Below the pieces are notes generated by a model. That model worked only from the letters and a program-made list of their open reading frames with translations. It was not told the DNA's origin and made no database searches. Below are positions 11,495 through 24,085 of a stretch of 64,000 nucleotides of DNA, one piece after another (position 1 is the stretch's first letter; each line of letters begins with the position of its first letter). This DNA comes from Macrostomum lignano. Taxonomy: Eukaryota. The DNA lies in contig NIVC01002053.1 of the NCBI GenBank assembly GCA_002269645.1, positions 99,837 to 163,836 of the forward strand, in the 5' to 3' direction. Position numbers and translations under genes: made by a program.

Positions 11495-14400
11495 ATGAGT
11501 ACACCAACAAGTGATATAGGAACTCTTACTGGTAAGTGAATATTTATTATTTTCAAGCAGGTCTTGCTCAATTCGCTAGTTTAATGTTAATGAAATAATT
11601 TATGATATTTATTTTTGTACCTTAAGTGAGTAGTATAATGATTTATTAGCATTTGAGGGAGACATGTCACAGAGGTTTGAAAATTAGAGAAATTTTAGGA
11701 TTCAGCTCATGTTTCTATTTAATTGCTGCTTTTAGATTTTTACAGTTGCTGCGTTGGTCATTTAGTCTTTGCTTTATTTTATTTTTTTAGTTCAAATGCA
11801 ACAACATGCATGTTAAATACTTAAAATTTCTACCCAATTATGCATACATTGCTTATGCACTTAGTGTTTTAATTATATGCTTTGCACTTTGCAATCAATG
11901 TTAATGTATGAAATACATCATATATTTACATGTAATATTAGTAAATTTCTTTGTTATAATGTGTCCTTGTAGACTGACTGCACTTAGGATATTGAAATCA
12001 GAAGTCATCAATACCTTGAAATGTATGTTGACCAAATTAATTGCTATTAGTAATGTCCGTTTCTAACTATGAGCAGTCATACTTATACTTAGTTGTTATT
12101 GCAATGAACTTGCACTTTTTAACAATCTAGAGCTTTGTCTTACTCTTTAAACTGTCTCACTCTCAGCCTGTTGTTACTTTCATAGCTTTTTATCTTTGAT
12201 AACAACTCTCTGTAGATGCTTTTTTGTCTCATGTAGCTAAGAGACGCCAATGTTAGACATTCTTGTTAAGCAGACTGCTAATAGTAGTGCAGTATGCTGT
12301 GCATACACATTTTTTCTCTAAATCTCACAATCATGTTTGCCCTCTAAAAACAGCCTTTGCTTTAACAGAATCTAATTGAATAACTGACTCTAGCAGTTTA
12401 AGAGTTTTAAGTTCTTCCATCTGATGCTAAGAAGTGAGCAGATGCAAAGGCAAGTACAACACTCGCATAGGAGACATTGCTGCGCTCATAAGCGCCTATT
12501 TGTGCTAGCACTAACCTATCGCAATCTGATACCATACGTGGAATCGAACCCGGGCCCTCCTTAGACTAGGCTTTGTTTTTATGTTAGAAACGTTTTTGTA
12601 CATCAAAACTATCATCACTTTCCTAAATAACGATGAACTTTACAATTTGACAGTTTGACAATTTCTTTTACCTTTTAAAATGCTATCAAAATGTTCTTTC
12701 CTAGCCAGAGGCAACATGTGCATGCTAATAAGGGCAGGCAGGGGTGTGCGGTGAGTGAAGGCTGGCTAGATGATAAGAATTTGGAAAGTTTATTAGCCTG
12801 AAAACTGAGTGTCCGGCCCTACTCGACCGTCTCACAGCCTCGCTACTCAGTGTTAGTTTTTTCTCTTCTCTTAAACAAACTCCCCTAGCAGTACTTATTG
12901 TTTAATTCGGGCGAGCGATTTCCTACCTAACTGACAGCCCTAGCAACCAGCCGCACGTGTACTTGTGCGCACTCGCGCCCAGTAGAATCCAGAGCCCCCG
13001 TGGTGTGCGTGTGAGAGAGGCGAGAGACGAATGCCATACCGTGTGCTGTATTGTACGGGTATTTTGTGCGTAAACAGAAATTATATATAATAGCAGCGGT
13101 TAGCCTCTGACCCAAGAGTTTTATTAATTTATTATGCTAACAAAGACTAAGTCGTGTTTTATTCAGACACAAGGCTAGTTTTCTCTCACCCAAGCTCGAT
13201 TATATATAATAACTAACTTGGCCTAGTAACTAACCGCCGTCTATGTATTTCCTGTCGCAGATGTTCACAGCAACGAGAATTTGGCCGAAGTAGAACTAGT
13301 CTCCTTAGTGACCGAGTCGCTGCCGCGTTATAAATTGCGCGCCGATCGGCTTGTTGAGCTGACCGGTTATGCTCACAAAGACTGGATAGACGTATCGCCT
13401 AGGCACAGACGGGCCTCCATCACAGCGGATCGGAAGGCCTCTAACGAGGCGTTGACTTATGAGCAGATTAGCAAATCGTTGGACTATTTTCTATTGTGCG
13501 GACTGAGAATTAGCCAGATGACTAAGGCTTATCATGACATCGAGGCGGTCACCAGGCTGTTGGAAGAGGTTCGTGTTTTTCTTGTTCTATGTTGCTTTTT
13601 TGATTTGAATTTTTCATTCCTGGTAGGGCTACTTTTGCATACTTGTATCTGTGCACTCTTAAATCGTTTGTAGGTACCCTAGCAATTAAATCAGGGGGGT
13701 ATGTAGGTTGTAGGACGTGATTGATGTACCCTAGTAACTAAACCAGAGGGTATGTGGTTTATAGGACGTGATTGAAGTACCCTAGCAACTAAATCACGGG
13801 GTATTTAGTTTGTAGGACGTGATTGAAGTACCCTAGCAACTAAATCGGGGAGATATGTAGTTTATAGGACGTTATTGAAGTACCCTAGCAACTAACTCGG
13901 GGAGATATGTAGTTTATAGGACGTTATTGAAGTACCCTAGCAACTAAATCGGGGAGATATGTAGTTTATAGGACGTTATTGAAGTACCCTAGCAACTAAA
14001 TCAGTGGATTTGTAGTTTGTAGGACGTGATTGAAGTACCCTAGCAACTAAACAGGTGGATATGTAGTTTGTAGGACGTGATTGAAGTACCCTAGCAACTA
14101 AACAGGTGGATATGTAGTTTGTAGGAAGTGATTGAAGGTACCCTAGCAACTAAATCGAGGAGATATGTAGTTTGTAGGAAGTGATTGAAGTACCCTAGCA
14201 ACTAAATCGGGGAGATTATAGGACGTAGTTTATAGGACGTTATTGAAGTACCCTAGCAACTAAACAGGTGGATATGTAGTTTGTAGGACGTGATTGAAGT
14301 ACCCTAGCAACTAAACAGGTGGATATGTAGTTTGTAGGACGTGATTGAAGTACCCTAGCAACTAAATCGAGGAGATATGTAGTTTGTAGGAAGTGATTGA

Positions 14401-17400
14401 AGGTACCCTAGCAACTAAATCGAGGAGATATGTAGTTTGTAGGAAGTGATTGAAGGTACCCTAGCAACTAAATCGGGGAGATATGTAGTTTATAGGACGT
14501 GATTGAAGTACCCTAGCAACTAAACAGGTGGATATGTAGTTTGTAGGACGTGATTGAAGTACCCTAGCAACTAAACAGGTGGATATGTAGTTTGTAGGAC
14601 GTGATTGAAGTACCCTAGCAACTAAACAGGTGGATATGTAGTTTGTAGGAAGTGATTGAAGGTACCCTAGCAACTAAATCGGGGAGATATGTAGTTTGTA
14701 GGACGTGATTGAAGTACCCTAGCAACTAAATTTGTAGGACGTGATTGAAGTACCCTAGCAACTAAATCGGGGGGATATGTAGTTTGTAGGACGTGATTGA
14801 AGTACCCTAGCAACTAAATCGGGGGGATATGTAGTTTATAGAAGATTGAAGTGCCCTAGCAACTATATCTGGGTTTATGCAACTTTTTTGATATTTAAAT
14901 CGCCCCAATACACATTTTGTTATTCGCATTCGATGGCCAAATCTAATTATTCGAATCATACCGAATTATGAATTTCCCACAAACTCCCCAGCGCGAAACC
15001 GACCTGGAGCTGGCCGCCAGGATAGGCAAAGAGCTGCTAGAAAAGAATCGCGATCTGCAAGCAAAATGCGACATATTAGACGAACAGCTAATGCAGGAAC
15101 GAGACGTTGTAAGTAGTGTTAAGCGGGCTTTCTATGCAAAAAATCAAATGCCTAAAGATATTTTTGTGTACTATTTCAGGTGGCGCAGTTGCGACACGAT
15201 TTGCATCTGAAGGAGGAGCTGCTGGCAATCTATGCTCAGAGCGAGGATTCCGAGGTCGCAGGCGCTTCGGCAAGCGAAGGGTATGTCAGAGTGCTGTGGG
15301 GCTGGTTGATTCTGTCACAGGAATGATGATCCATTCCCACCCTGTCAAAGATATGATTATCATAACCCTCCCCGTTACAGAAATGATTACCCATTCCCTC
15401 TCTGTCACAGGAATGATTACCCATTCCCTCTCTGTCACAGGAATGATTATCCATTCCCTCTCTGTCACAGGAATCATTATCCATTCCCTGTCACAGGAAT
15501 GATTATCCATTCCCTCTCTGTCACAGGAATGATTATCCATTCCCTCTCTGTCACAGGAATGATTATCCATTCCCTCTCTGTCACAGGAATGATTATCCAT
15601 TCCCTCTCTGTCACAGGAATGATTATCCATTCCCTCTCTGTCACAGGAATCATTATCCATTCCCTCTCTGTCACAGGAATCATTATCCATTCCCTCTCTG
15701 TCACAGGAATCATTATCCATTCCCTCTCTGTCACAGGAATGATGATCCATTCCCTCTCTGTCACAGGAATCATTATCCATTCCCTCTCTGTCACAGGAAT
15801 CATTATCCATTCCCTGTCACAGGAATGATTATCCATTCCCTCTCTGTCACAGGAATGATGATCCATTCCCTCTCTGTCACAGGAATCATTATCCATTCCC
15901 TCTCTGTCACAGGAATCATTATCCATTCCCTCTCTGTCACAGGAATGATGATCCATTCCCTCTCTGTCACAGGAATGATTATCCATTCCCTCTCTGTCAC
16001 AGGAATGATGATCCATTCCCTCTCTGTCACAGGAATCATTATCCATTTCCTCCCTGTCACAGGAATGATTATCCATTCTCTCTCTGTCACAGGAATGATT
16101 ATCCATTCCCTCTCTGTCACAGGAATGATGATCCATTCCCTCTCTGTCACAGGAATGATTATCCATTCCCTCTCTGTCACAGGAATCATTATCCATTCCC
16201 TCTCTGTCACAGGAATGATTATCCATTCCCTCTCTGTCACAGGAGTGATGATCCATCCCTCCCCACCCCTTCAGTGAGTCGCTGAGCCAGTCCGTGGGCA
16301 GTTTCGCCGGTGTTCACCTCACAAACCTGGAGCGCAAAGTGAAGCAGCTCGAAGAGGAGAACATGCAGCTGCGGCTTGAGAAGTCCCGACTCAGCAGCGA
16401 CACTGACGGCATGGAGGAGCGGGAGACGGCCTTGGTGAAGGACTGCATCAGGCAGCTGGCCGAGGCCAACCTGCACATCAAAGGCCTGTCTGACAATCTC
16501 AATCAGAAAACCGATTTGTACATTAGCCAGCAGACTGAGATTACCCAGCTGCTGACTAAAAATATCGAATTGGAAAGCAAGATTAAGCGGGTGAGTCTTG
16601 TTTTGTTAGGGTTGCTAATTTAGCCTTTGGCAATGTGCTGGGTATAGTGGATTGCTAATCTAGCCTTTGGAAATGTGCTGGGTATAATGGATTGCTAATC
16701 TAGCTTTTTTGTCAATGTGCTGGGTATAATGGATTGCTAATTTAGCCTTTTTGCCAATGTGCTGGGTATAAAGGATTGCTAATCTAGCCTTTTTGCCAAT
16801 GTGCTGGGTATAATGGATTGCTAATCTAGCCTTTGGCAATGTGCTGGGTATAATGGATTGCTAATCTAGCCTTTGGCAATGTGCTGGGTATAATGGATTG
16901 CTAATCTAGCCTTTGGCAATGTGCTGGGTATAATGGATTGCTAATCTAGCCTTTGGCATTGTGCTGGGTATAATGGATTGCTAATGTGTTGGGTATAGTG
17001 GGTTGCTAATCTAGCCTTTTTGCCAATGTGCTGGGTATAATGGATTGCTAATCTAGCCTTTGGCAATGTGCTGGGTATAATGGATTGCTAATCTAGCCTT
17101 TGGCAATGTGCTGGGTATAAAGGATTGCTAATTTAGCCTTTTTGCCAATGTGCTGGGTATAAAGGATTGCTAATCCAGCCTTTGGCATTGTGCTGGGTAT
17201 AGTGGATAGCTAATGTAGCGTAAAATAGATCAGCTATCGATTTTTTTATCGTCAATATGTAAACAGCTTAAAAGTACATAATAGATTTTCGAAATGTATA
17301 GTAGTATTTAGCGGATTGCTAATCTATTCTGCAATAGTAATGCTAGCTGTATGAGCAATTTTAAGAACCAATCAACTCCACAGGTGGCAATGGAGCGCGA

Positions 17401-20400
17401 CCTGCTTGACACCAGGCTAAGAGAAGCGCAGAATGCTCAACGTGCGCTCACTGGCGAACTGGGCGATCTGCACGATCGCTATGACGAGTGCCTCGGCATG
17501 CTGGACGAAGCGCAGCAGGAGATTCGCGCGTTAAAAAAGCGCCAAAAATCGTTGCGACTTGGCGCCGCCGGTGCTCATCTATTGGCTCCGCCGTCTGCCG
17601 CGGCCGCTACCACCGCCGACGCTTCCTCTGTGGCCGCTTCCGGGGCCCGCCTGTTGCCGATGCACGCACCGGCTGTGCCGCCGCCGTACGAGCAGAGCCT
17701 CATGAGCGAGCTGGAGATGAGCTCGGCTAGGGTCGGCGGCGATCATCGGATGTGAGCGAGCTTTTGGGGAGTTGCTGGGACTGCTGTTATAAAGTACACG
17801 GGGCTCTGATGAAGCTTGTGGAATTCTATGGAAATTCTAAGGATGTCTTTAGGATTCTCTGATTGGTTGGTGAATAAGTCAATGGGATTCTCTGATTGGT
17901 CGTGAATAAGTCAATGGGATTCTCTGATTGGTTGGTGAATAAGTCAATGGGATTCTCTGATTGGTTGGTGAATAAGTCAATGGGATTCTCTGATTGGTCG
18001 GTGAATAAGTCAATGGGATTCTCTGGTTGGTCGGTGAATAAGTCAATGGGATTCTCTGATTGGTTGGTGAATAAGTCAATGGGATTCTCTGATTGGTCGG
18101 TGAATAAGTCAATGGGATTCTCTGATTGGCCAGCAAAGAAGAAACCAGTAAAATTTGTGCCATCCCACCCTCCCCAGCGCGGACAATCTCAAGGCCTTGG
18201 AGACGGTCAAGATAGTCAAAAGTGCCGCCGCCCAGGGCCTGCACGGCAGAGCTGGCATCAGGCCGACAGGCGCTGCCGCCGGCATAGCCCTCACCAGCAC
18301 TAGCTTAGGCTACGCCACTACTCTCCGCGATCCTGTTGTTGCTATGGCGTCATTGGTTACACCTGGCGACGAGGAGCAGCGCAGCGGGGCGGCCAGTTCC
18401 GGCTATCGAGACGAATGCCTGTCAGAGTGAGTTTTTAGGGAGGCTGCTTGGGGATCAGCATTCATATTGATGTTGGCTTTGCGCTGATTGATATATTCAT
18501 ATTTGTGTCTTCAGGTTTTCTAGTGACGTTTAAGATTTCCAAAAAATGCTCATTTCCTTACAAGCTGCACATTCCCCTGCAAACTGCACATTCCCCTGCA
18601 AACTGCACATTCCCCTGCAAACTGCACATTCCCCTGCAAACTGCACATTCCCCTGCAAACTGCACATTCCCCTGAAAACTGAACATTCCCCTAAAGACTG
18701 CATATTCCCTAAGCTGAACATTCTTCAAACTGTACATTCCCTGAGCTGAACTATTTTCAATGTAGCAGTTAGAATTACAATTAGATTTTTTGAATTATTT
18801 CTGTTCCAGTCGCATGATGAAGCTGGAGTCTTATCTTACTCAGCCGTGGAAGTCTCTATTCAGGTTGGGCATAATTAAGCTTAGTTTTGTCTAATTTCTA
18901 ATTTACAAAATAAGACTTCAATTCCAATTGAGGTGCAGATATCATCGGTGGTGATCTGAGAAATCTAACTGGCACAATTTCAATGGAATTTCACTTGATT
19001 GCGAGCTTAAAAGTGGTGACTTTTGTTACTCATTATCACGCTTTGGGTCGGCTTCCTCTGATCTTTCTTTAAGTCTTGATCAGTGTTCTTTCGCTAATCT
19101 CAACCTGTTTGAAAAACTTGCGCTAACAGAAGCACTAGTGTCAAATTATACTAGCATTTGCACTACTCTCGCGTGATTTGTTATCATAAATGACTCTTAA
19201 ATTCTCTCTCATGACCCTATTCTCTCCCTGACCCTATTCTCTCCCTGACCCTATTCTCTCCCTGACCCTATTCTCTCCCCTGACCCTATTCTCTCCCTGA
19301 CCCTATTCTCTCCCTGACCCTATTCTCTCCCTGACCCTATTCTCTCCCCTGACCCTATTCTCTCCCTGACCCTATTCTCTCCCTGACCCTATTCTCTCCC
19401 TGACCCTATTCTCTCCCTGACCCTATTCTCTCCCTGACCCTATTCTCTCCCTGACCCTATTCTCTCCCTGACCCTATTCTCTCCCTGGCCCTATTCTCTC
19501 CCTGACCCTATTCTCTCCCTGACCCTATTCTCTCCCTGGCCCTATTCTCTCCCTGACCCTATTCTCTCCCTGGCCCTATTCTCTCCCTGACCCTATTCTC
19601 TCCCCTGACCCTATTCTCTCCCCTGACCCTATTCTCTCCCTGACCCTACTCTCTCCCTGACCCTATTCTCTCCCTGACCCTATTCTCTCCCTGACCCTAT
19701 TCTCTCCCCTGACCCTATTCTCTCCCTGACCCTATTCTCTCCCTGACCCTATTCTCTCCCTGACCCTATTCTCTCCCTGGCCCTATTCTCTCCCTGACCC
19801 TATTCTCTCCCTGGCCCTATTCTCTCCCTGACCCTATTCTCTCCCCTGACCCTATTCTCTCCCCTGACCCTATTCTCTCCCTGACCCTACTCTCTCCCTG
19901 ACCCTATTCTCTCCCTGACCCTATTCTCTCCCTGACCCTATTCTCTCCCTGACCCTATTCTCTCCCCTGACCCTATTCTCTCCCTGACCCTATTCTCTCC
20001 CCTGACCCTATTCTCTCCCCTGACCCTATTCCCTTTCGTCCTCTTTCTCAGGTATTTTCATTTCTCTCTTCTCGCTTCCCTCTCTCCCACTTCTTTCTTG
20101 TCTTCACCGCCGCTCACACCTGTCGATTCTCCGCCACCGCCACGCAGGTCGCTAAGCGTTGGCAATCTGAGCGAAGCGAACGCCGGCTTCGCCGACATGA
20201 ACCTGGTGATGAGCAAGCTCAAAAAGGAGCAGGAGCGACGCCGGAAAGCTGTCACTCAGCGTTACAGGTAAGACGAAAACGTGCAAGTTTCAGATTTGCC
20301 AATGTTTAATTTAAAGTTCAGTTTCTCTTAAAATAAACTTTATTGGGACCTCGTCAGAGGCAGCTGTCTCGTCTCTCCTCGAGTGGCTGCTTTGAAAGGG

Positions 20401-23334
20401 TAACTCAACTAAAATAATTATCTTTTTTGTTATATTACTCAGCCACTAAGCTACTTATAGTAGTTTTTTATTTCGACCCTCAGTTGGTAATTAGGTCAAG
20501 AATTTTGCAGATTCTATCATTGCGCTTTCCATTCTCTTCAATCGGTTGGTTGATGATACCCGGGTGTGCAGAAGTGCGCCAAAAACGCTATTTCTTGTTT
20601 GTCTTAAAAAAAGCGAAAAAACGACCCAGAGTCGAACCCGCGACCTTCGAACCCCAGGTACGCATCGGAGCAGTCGGCCGGCTCCACTAGTCCTCTGTCG
20701 GCTTCGAATCCCGAGCTGAGCTCGGCCGGCTCAAGTCCGCCTCGCAACTCGTGGGACGTGGCCGCCGCGGAGCCCGAGGTTGACGAGCCGCATGACGGAC
20801 TGCCGCCGCCCCAGCAGCAGCCGCTGGCTCAGCAGCAGCATCATCATCAGCAACAGCAGCCGCAGCCGCAGTCCTCGCTGCAGCAGCATCTGCCGCTGCC
20901 AAAAGCGGCCAGCCGCATCGGGATGGGCATCGCCCCGGAGAAGCTGCAGCTGGTGAAGCCAATCGAAGGCTCCTTGACGCTGGCACAGTGGCGTAGGCTG
21001 GCCACGCCCGGCCTGCATGCTGTTGTTGTCGGCGACTTGCCCGGTGTTCAAATACGCGGCGGTCTGGAAGGCGATCCGATGCTCTGCGAACTCATGGGCG
21101 ATGCGGTCTGCGGCCAGGGAGAGGCGGATAAGGCGCAGCTCAGCCTCAGCGACATCGAGGAGGACGGTGAGGAACAGCAACAGAGGCTTGCAGATCCATG
21201 AGGATTGTATTGAGATCCATGAGGATTCTATTGAGATCCATGAGGATTCTATTGAAATCCATGAGGATTGTATTGAGATCTATGAGGATTGTATTGAGAT
21301 CCATGAGGATTCTATTGAGATCCATGAGGATTCTATTGAGATCCATGAGGATTGTATTGAGATCCATGAGGATTTTATTGAGATCCATGAGGATTCTATT
21401 GAGATCCATGAGGATTGTATTGAGATCCATGAGGATTTTATTGAGATCCATGAGGATTGTACTGAGATCTATGAGGATTGTATTTAGATCCATGAGGATT
21501 CTATTGAGATCCATGAGGATTGTATTGAGATGCATGAGGATTCTATTGAGATCCATGAGGATTCTATTGAGATCCATGAGGATTGTATTGAGATCCATGA
21601 GGATTGTATTGAGATGCATGAGGATTCTATTGAGATCCATGAGGATTCTATTGAGATCCATGAGGATTGTATTGAGATCCATGAGGATTCTATTGAGATC
21701 CATGAGGATTGTATTGAGATCCATAAGGATATTAAGATCCATGAGGATTGCATTGAGATCCATGAGGATTGTATTGAGATCCATGAGGATTGTATTGAGA
21801 TCCATGAGGATTCTATCGCGGCACACCAAAATTCTAGCGAGATCCTTTAAGATATGTAATTGCAGCATTACCTACATGCAAAATGCTTGTTACATTACAT
21901 TACCATTACCTACATTAAATGATTAATCATACTTGCTTACAAGCTCACCATCAATCAAAACGAAAAAAAACTCGCAGACGATTTCTGCCGCATCAAGTTC
22001 AAAGACGCCGAGGCCTCCGGCCTGACCTATACATACACTAACTCGAAGGTGATGCACCCGACTGACAGCTATGAGTTTGCCGCCCCGGCTCCACCTGTCG
22101 CTGCCACCTCGCCTTCGGCTGCAGCCGCTGGCAGTGCGTCGAAAATCGCTGGTGGCTCCCGGTCGGCGACCACGCTTGTGCCTGACGTGTCCAAGTGAGT
22201 GACGCTTCGGTGTGCGTGAGACAGGTAGACTGAGAGAGGGGGTGAGACAGGTAGACTGAGAGAGGGGGTGAGACAGGTAGAATGAGAGAGAGGGGGGTTA
22301 GACAGTTAGAATGAGAGAGAGGGGGTGAGACAGTTAGAATGAGAGAGAGGGGGTGAGACAGGTAGACTGAGAGAGGGGGTGAGACAGGTAGAATGAGAGA
22401 GAGGGGGTGAGACAGGTAGAATGAGAGAGAGGGGGTGAGACAGGTAGAATGAGAGAGGGGGGGTTAGACAGGTAGACTGGGAGAGTGGATGAGACAGGTG
22501 ATAATGAGGGAGGCAGAGTAGCGTCAAGGAATTGGAATCTGTTGGTCTCAGATTTACTCAGGAAGGATGGGGAATTCAAACCTGTCAGTCACTAGAAAGC
22601 AACTCCTCAGTGTCCTGATGTTCCATTATAATTTCTGCAGAGCTCCGCCGGGCAAGCAGCCACCATTTGCTTTGCAAATCGCCCGCACCCCGTCTAAACG
22701 GTGGCCGCAAGACGACGGCACATCGACATTTTCGTTGAGCTTCGGCCTCGCCGACGTACTGCGTGAACGCGGCGTCAGGAGCGCCGCCCCCGACGACATC
22801 GCCGCCAGCGCCTCGCTGCACCGGCTGCACCAGCAGCAGCAGCAACTGCCGCGGCGGCAGCGGTCCCGCCAGCCGAGCACCAGCGCCGGCCTGCCGTCGG
22901 CAGACGACGAATCCGCGTCTAGACAGCGATCGGCGTCGTCGTCGGCTTCTTCGACGGCGGACAGCAGCAACGCGGCGGCCTCGGCGTCGGCCGAAGGCGA
23001 GGAGGATGACGAAGCGACGCCGACGCACGACGGTTGGTTTTTGCCGACGCTGGGCGCCGGCCTGAGCGCCACCCTGCGCAACCTGCTGCAGGGCGTCAGC
23101 CTGGTCGCTGGCGGCCCCATGCCGCCGTCGTCCTCTTCGGATTCGTCGACCTCTTCGGCCAGCCCGCCGCTGCCGCCGGCCACCATCGCCGGATTGAATA
23201 TCTTCGGCCAGACGACGGTCGAGACTTCTTCGATGGCTAACGCCTCCGCGGCGCCTGGCGCAGTCGGCGGCGGCGGCGGTATTGTTCATCGGGTGTCGTC
23301 GCTGAGCCCGGCTGACCTGGAGCCGCCCAGTTGA
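11495..23334 (+). CDS. TRAK: Trafficking kinesin-binding protein (TRAK/Milton family; HAP1_N + Milton domain), ~1029 aa
   Basis: Exons 11495-11531, 13261-13568, 14992-15108, 15180-15280, 16275-16590, 17384-17751, 18178-18426, 18810-18863, 20148-20267, 20658-21166, 21978-22194, 22641-23334. All introns are GT-AG with consistent phases; total 3090 nt. Motifs [79 protein letters not shown] and STFSLSFGLADVLRERG match TRAK1/2/Milton. Confidence 0.92.
13680..14865. repeat. 51-52-bp minisatellite in TRAK intron 2
   Basis: Unit gtaccctagcaactaaatcggggagatatgtagtttgtaggacgtgattgaa. Confidence 0.95.
15310..16260. repeat. 30-bp minisatellite in TRAK intron 4
   Basis: Unit tctgtcacaggaatgattatccattccctc, about 30 copies. 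Confidence 0.95.
16610..17215. repeat. ~40-bp minisatellite in TRAK intron 5
   Basis: Unit gtgctgggtataatggattgctaatctagcctttggcaat. Confidence 0.95.
17852..18130. repeat. 33-bp minisatellite in TRAK intron 6
   Basis: Unit gtgaataagtcaatgggattctctgattggttg. Confidence 0.95.
18560..18745. repeat. 19-bp minisatellite in TRAK intron 7
   Basis: Unit caaactgcacattcccctg. Confidence 0.9.
19210..20030. repeat. 17-18-bp minisatellite in TRAK intron 8
   Basis: Unit tgaccctattctctccc. Confidence 0.95.
21195..21815. repeat. 21-bp minisatellite in TRAK intron 10
   Basis: Unit gagatccatgaggattgtatt. Confidence 0.95.
22215..22495. repeat. 26-28-bp purine-rich minisatellite in TRAK intron 11
   Basis: Unit gagacaggtagaatgagagagagggggt. 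Confidence 0.9.
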
Positions 23335-23439
23335 TTGACTTGAGGAGTCATGAATTAAAAAAACTGGCTTACTGACTTCTAAAGTAGGAATACACGCTCT
23401 AGTTACACAAAGTTAGAGAATCGAAGTTTCTCTTAATTC

Positions 23440-24085
23440 GGCCTAAAAACGATTTTTATTGGATCGGCCTTCAAAAATCAAAGCTTCCTAAATCGGCCTT
23501 AAAAACTGAAATTACCTAAATTTACCTTCAAAAATCGATATTATCCTAATCGGCCTTCAAGAATCTAAAATACCTAAATCGGCCTTCAAAGATCAAAATG
23601 ACCTAAATCTGCCTTTAAGAATATAAAATACCTAAATCGGCCTTCAAGAATCTGAAATACCTATATCGGCCCTCAAAGATCAAAATGACTTAAATCTGCC
23701 GTTAAGAATCTAAAATACCTAAATCGGCCTTCAAGAATCTAAAATATCTAAATCGGCCTTCAAGAATCTAAAATACCTATATCGGCCCTCAAAGATCAAA
23801 ATGACCTAAATCGGCCTTCAAGAATCTAAAATACCTAAACCGGCCCTCAAAGATCAAAATGACCTAAATCGGCCTTCAAGAATCTAAAATACCTAAACCG
23901 GCCCTCAAAGATCAAAATGACCTAAATCGGCCTTCAAGAATCTAAAATACCTAAACCGGCCCTCAAAGATCAAAATGACCTAACCTAAATCGGCCTTCAA
24001 AAACCGAAATTACCTAAATCAACCTTCAAAAATTAATATTACCTTAATCGGCCTTCAAAAGTCGAAATTTCCTAAATCGGCCTTC
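23440..24085. repeat. ~29-bp minisatellite just downstream of the TRAK stop
   Basis: Unit aaatcggccttcaagaatctaaaatacct, alternating with a ccctcaaagatcaaaatgacct variant. Confidence 0.9.

Noticed and set aside
15236-16277. Long repetitive ORFs in the track (here and at 17879, 21146, 47512, 50056, 59618, 59662)
   Set aside because: They are translations of minisatellites, open on several frames and strands, and lie inside introns defined by consistent splice phases.
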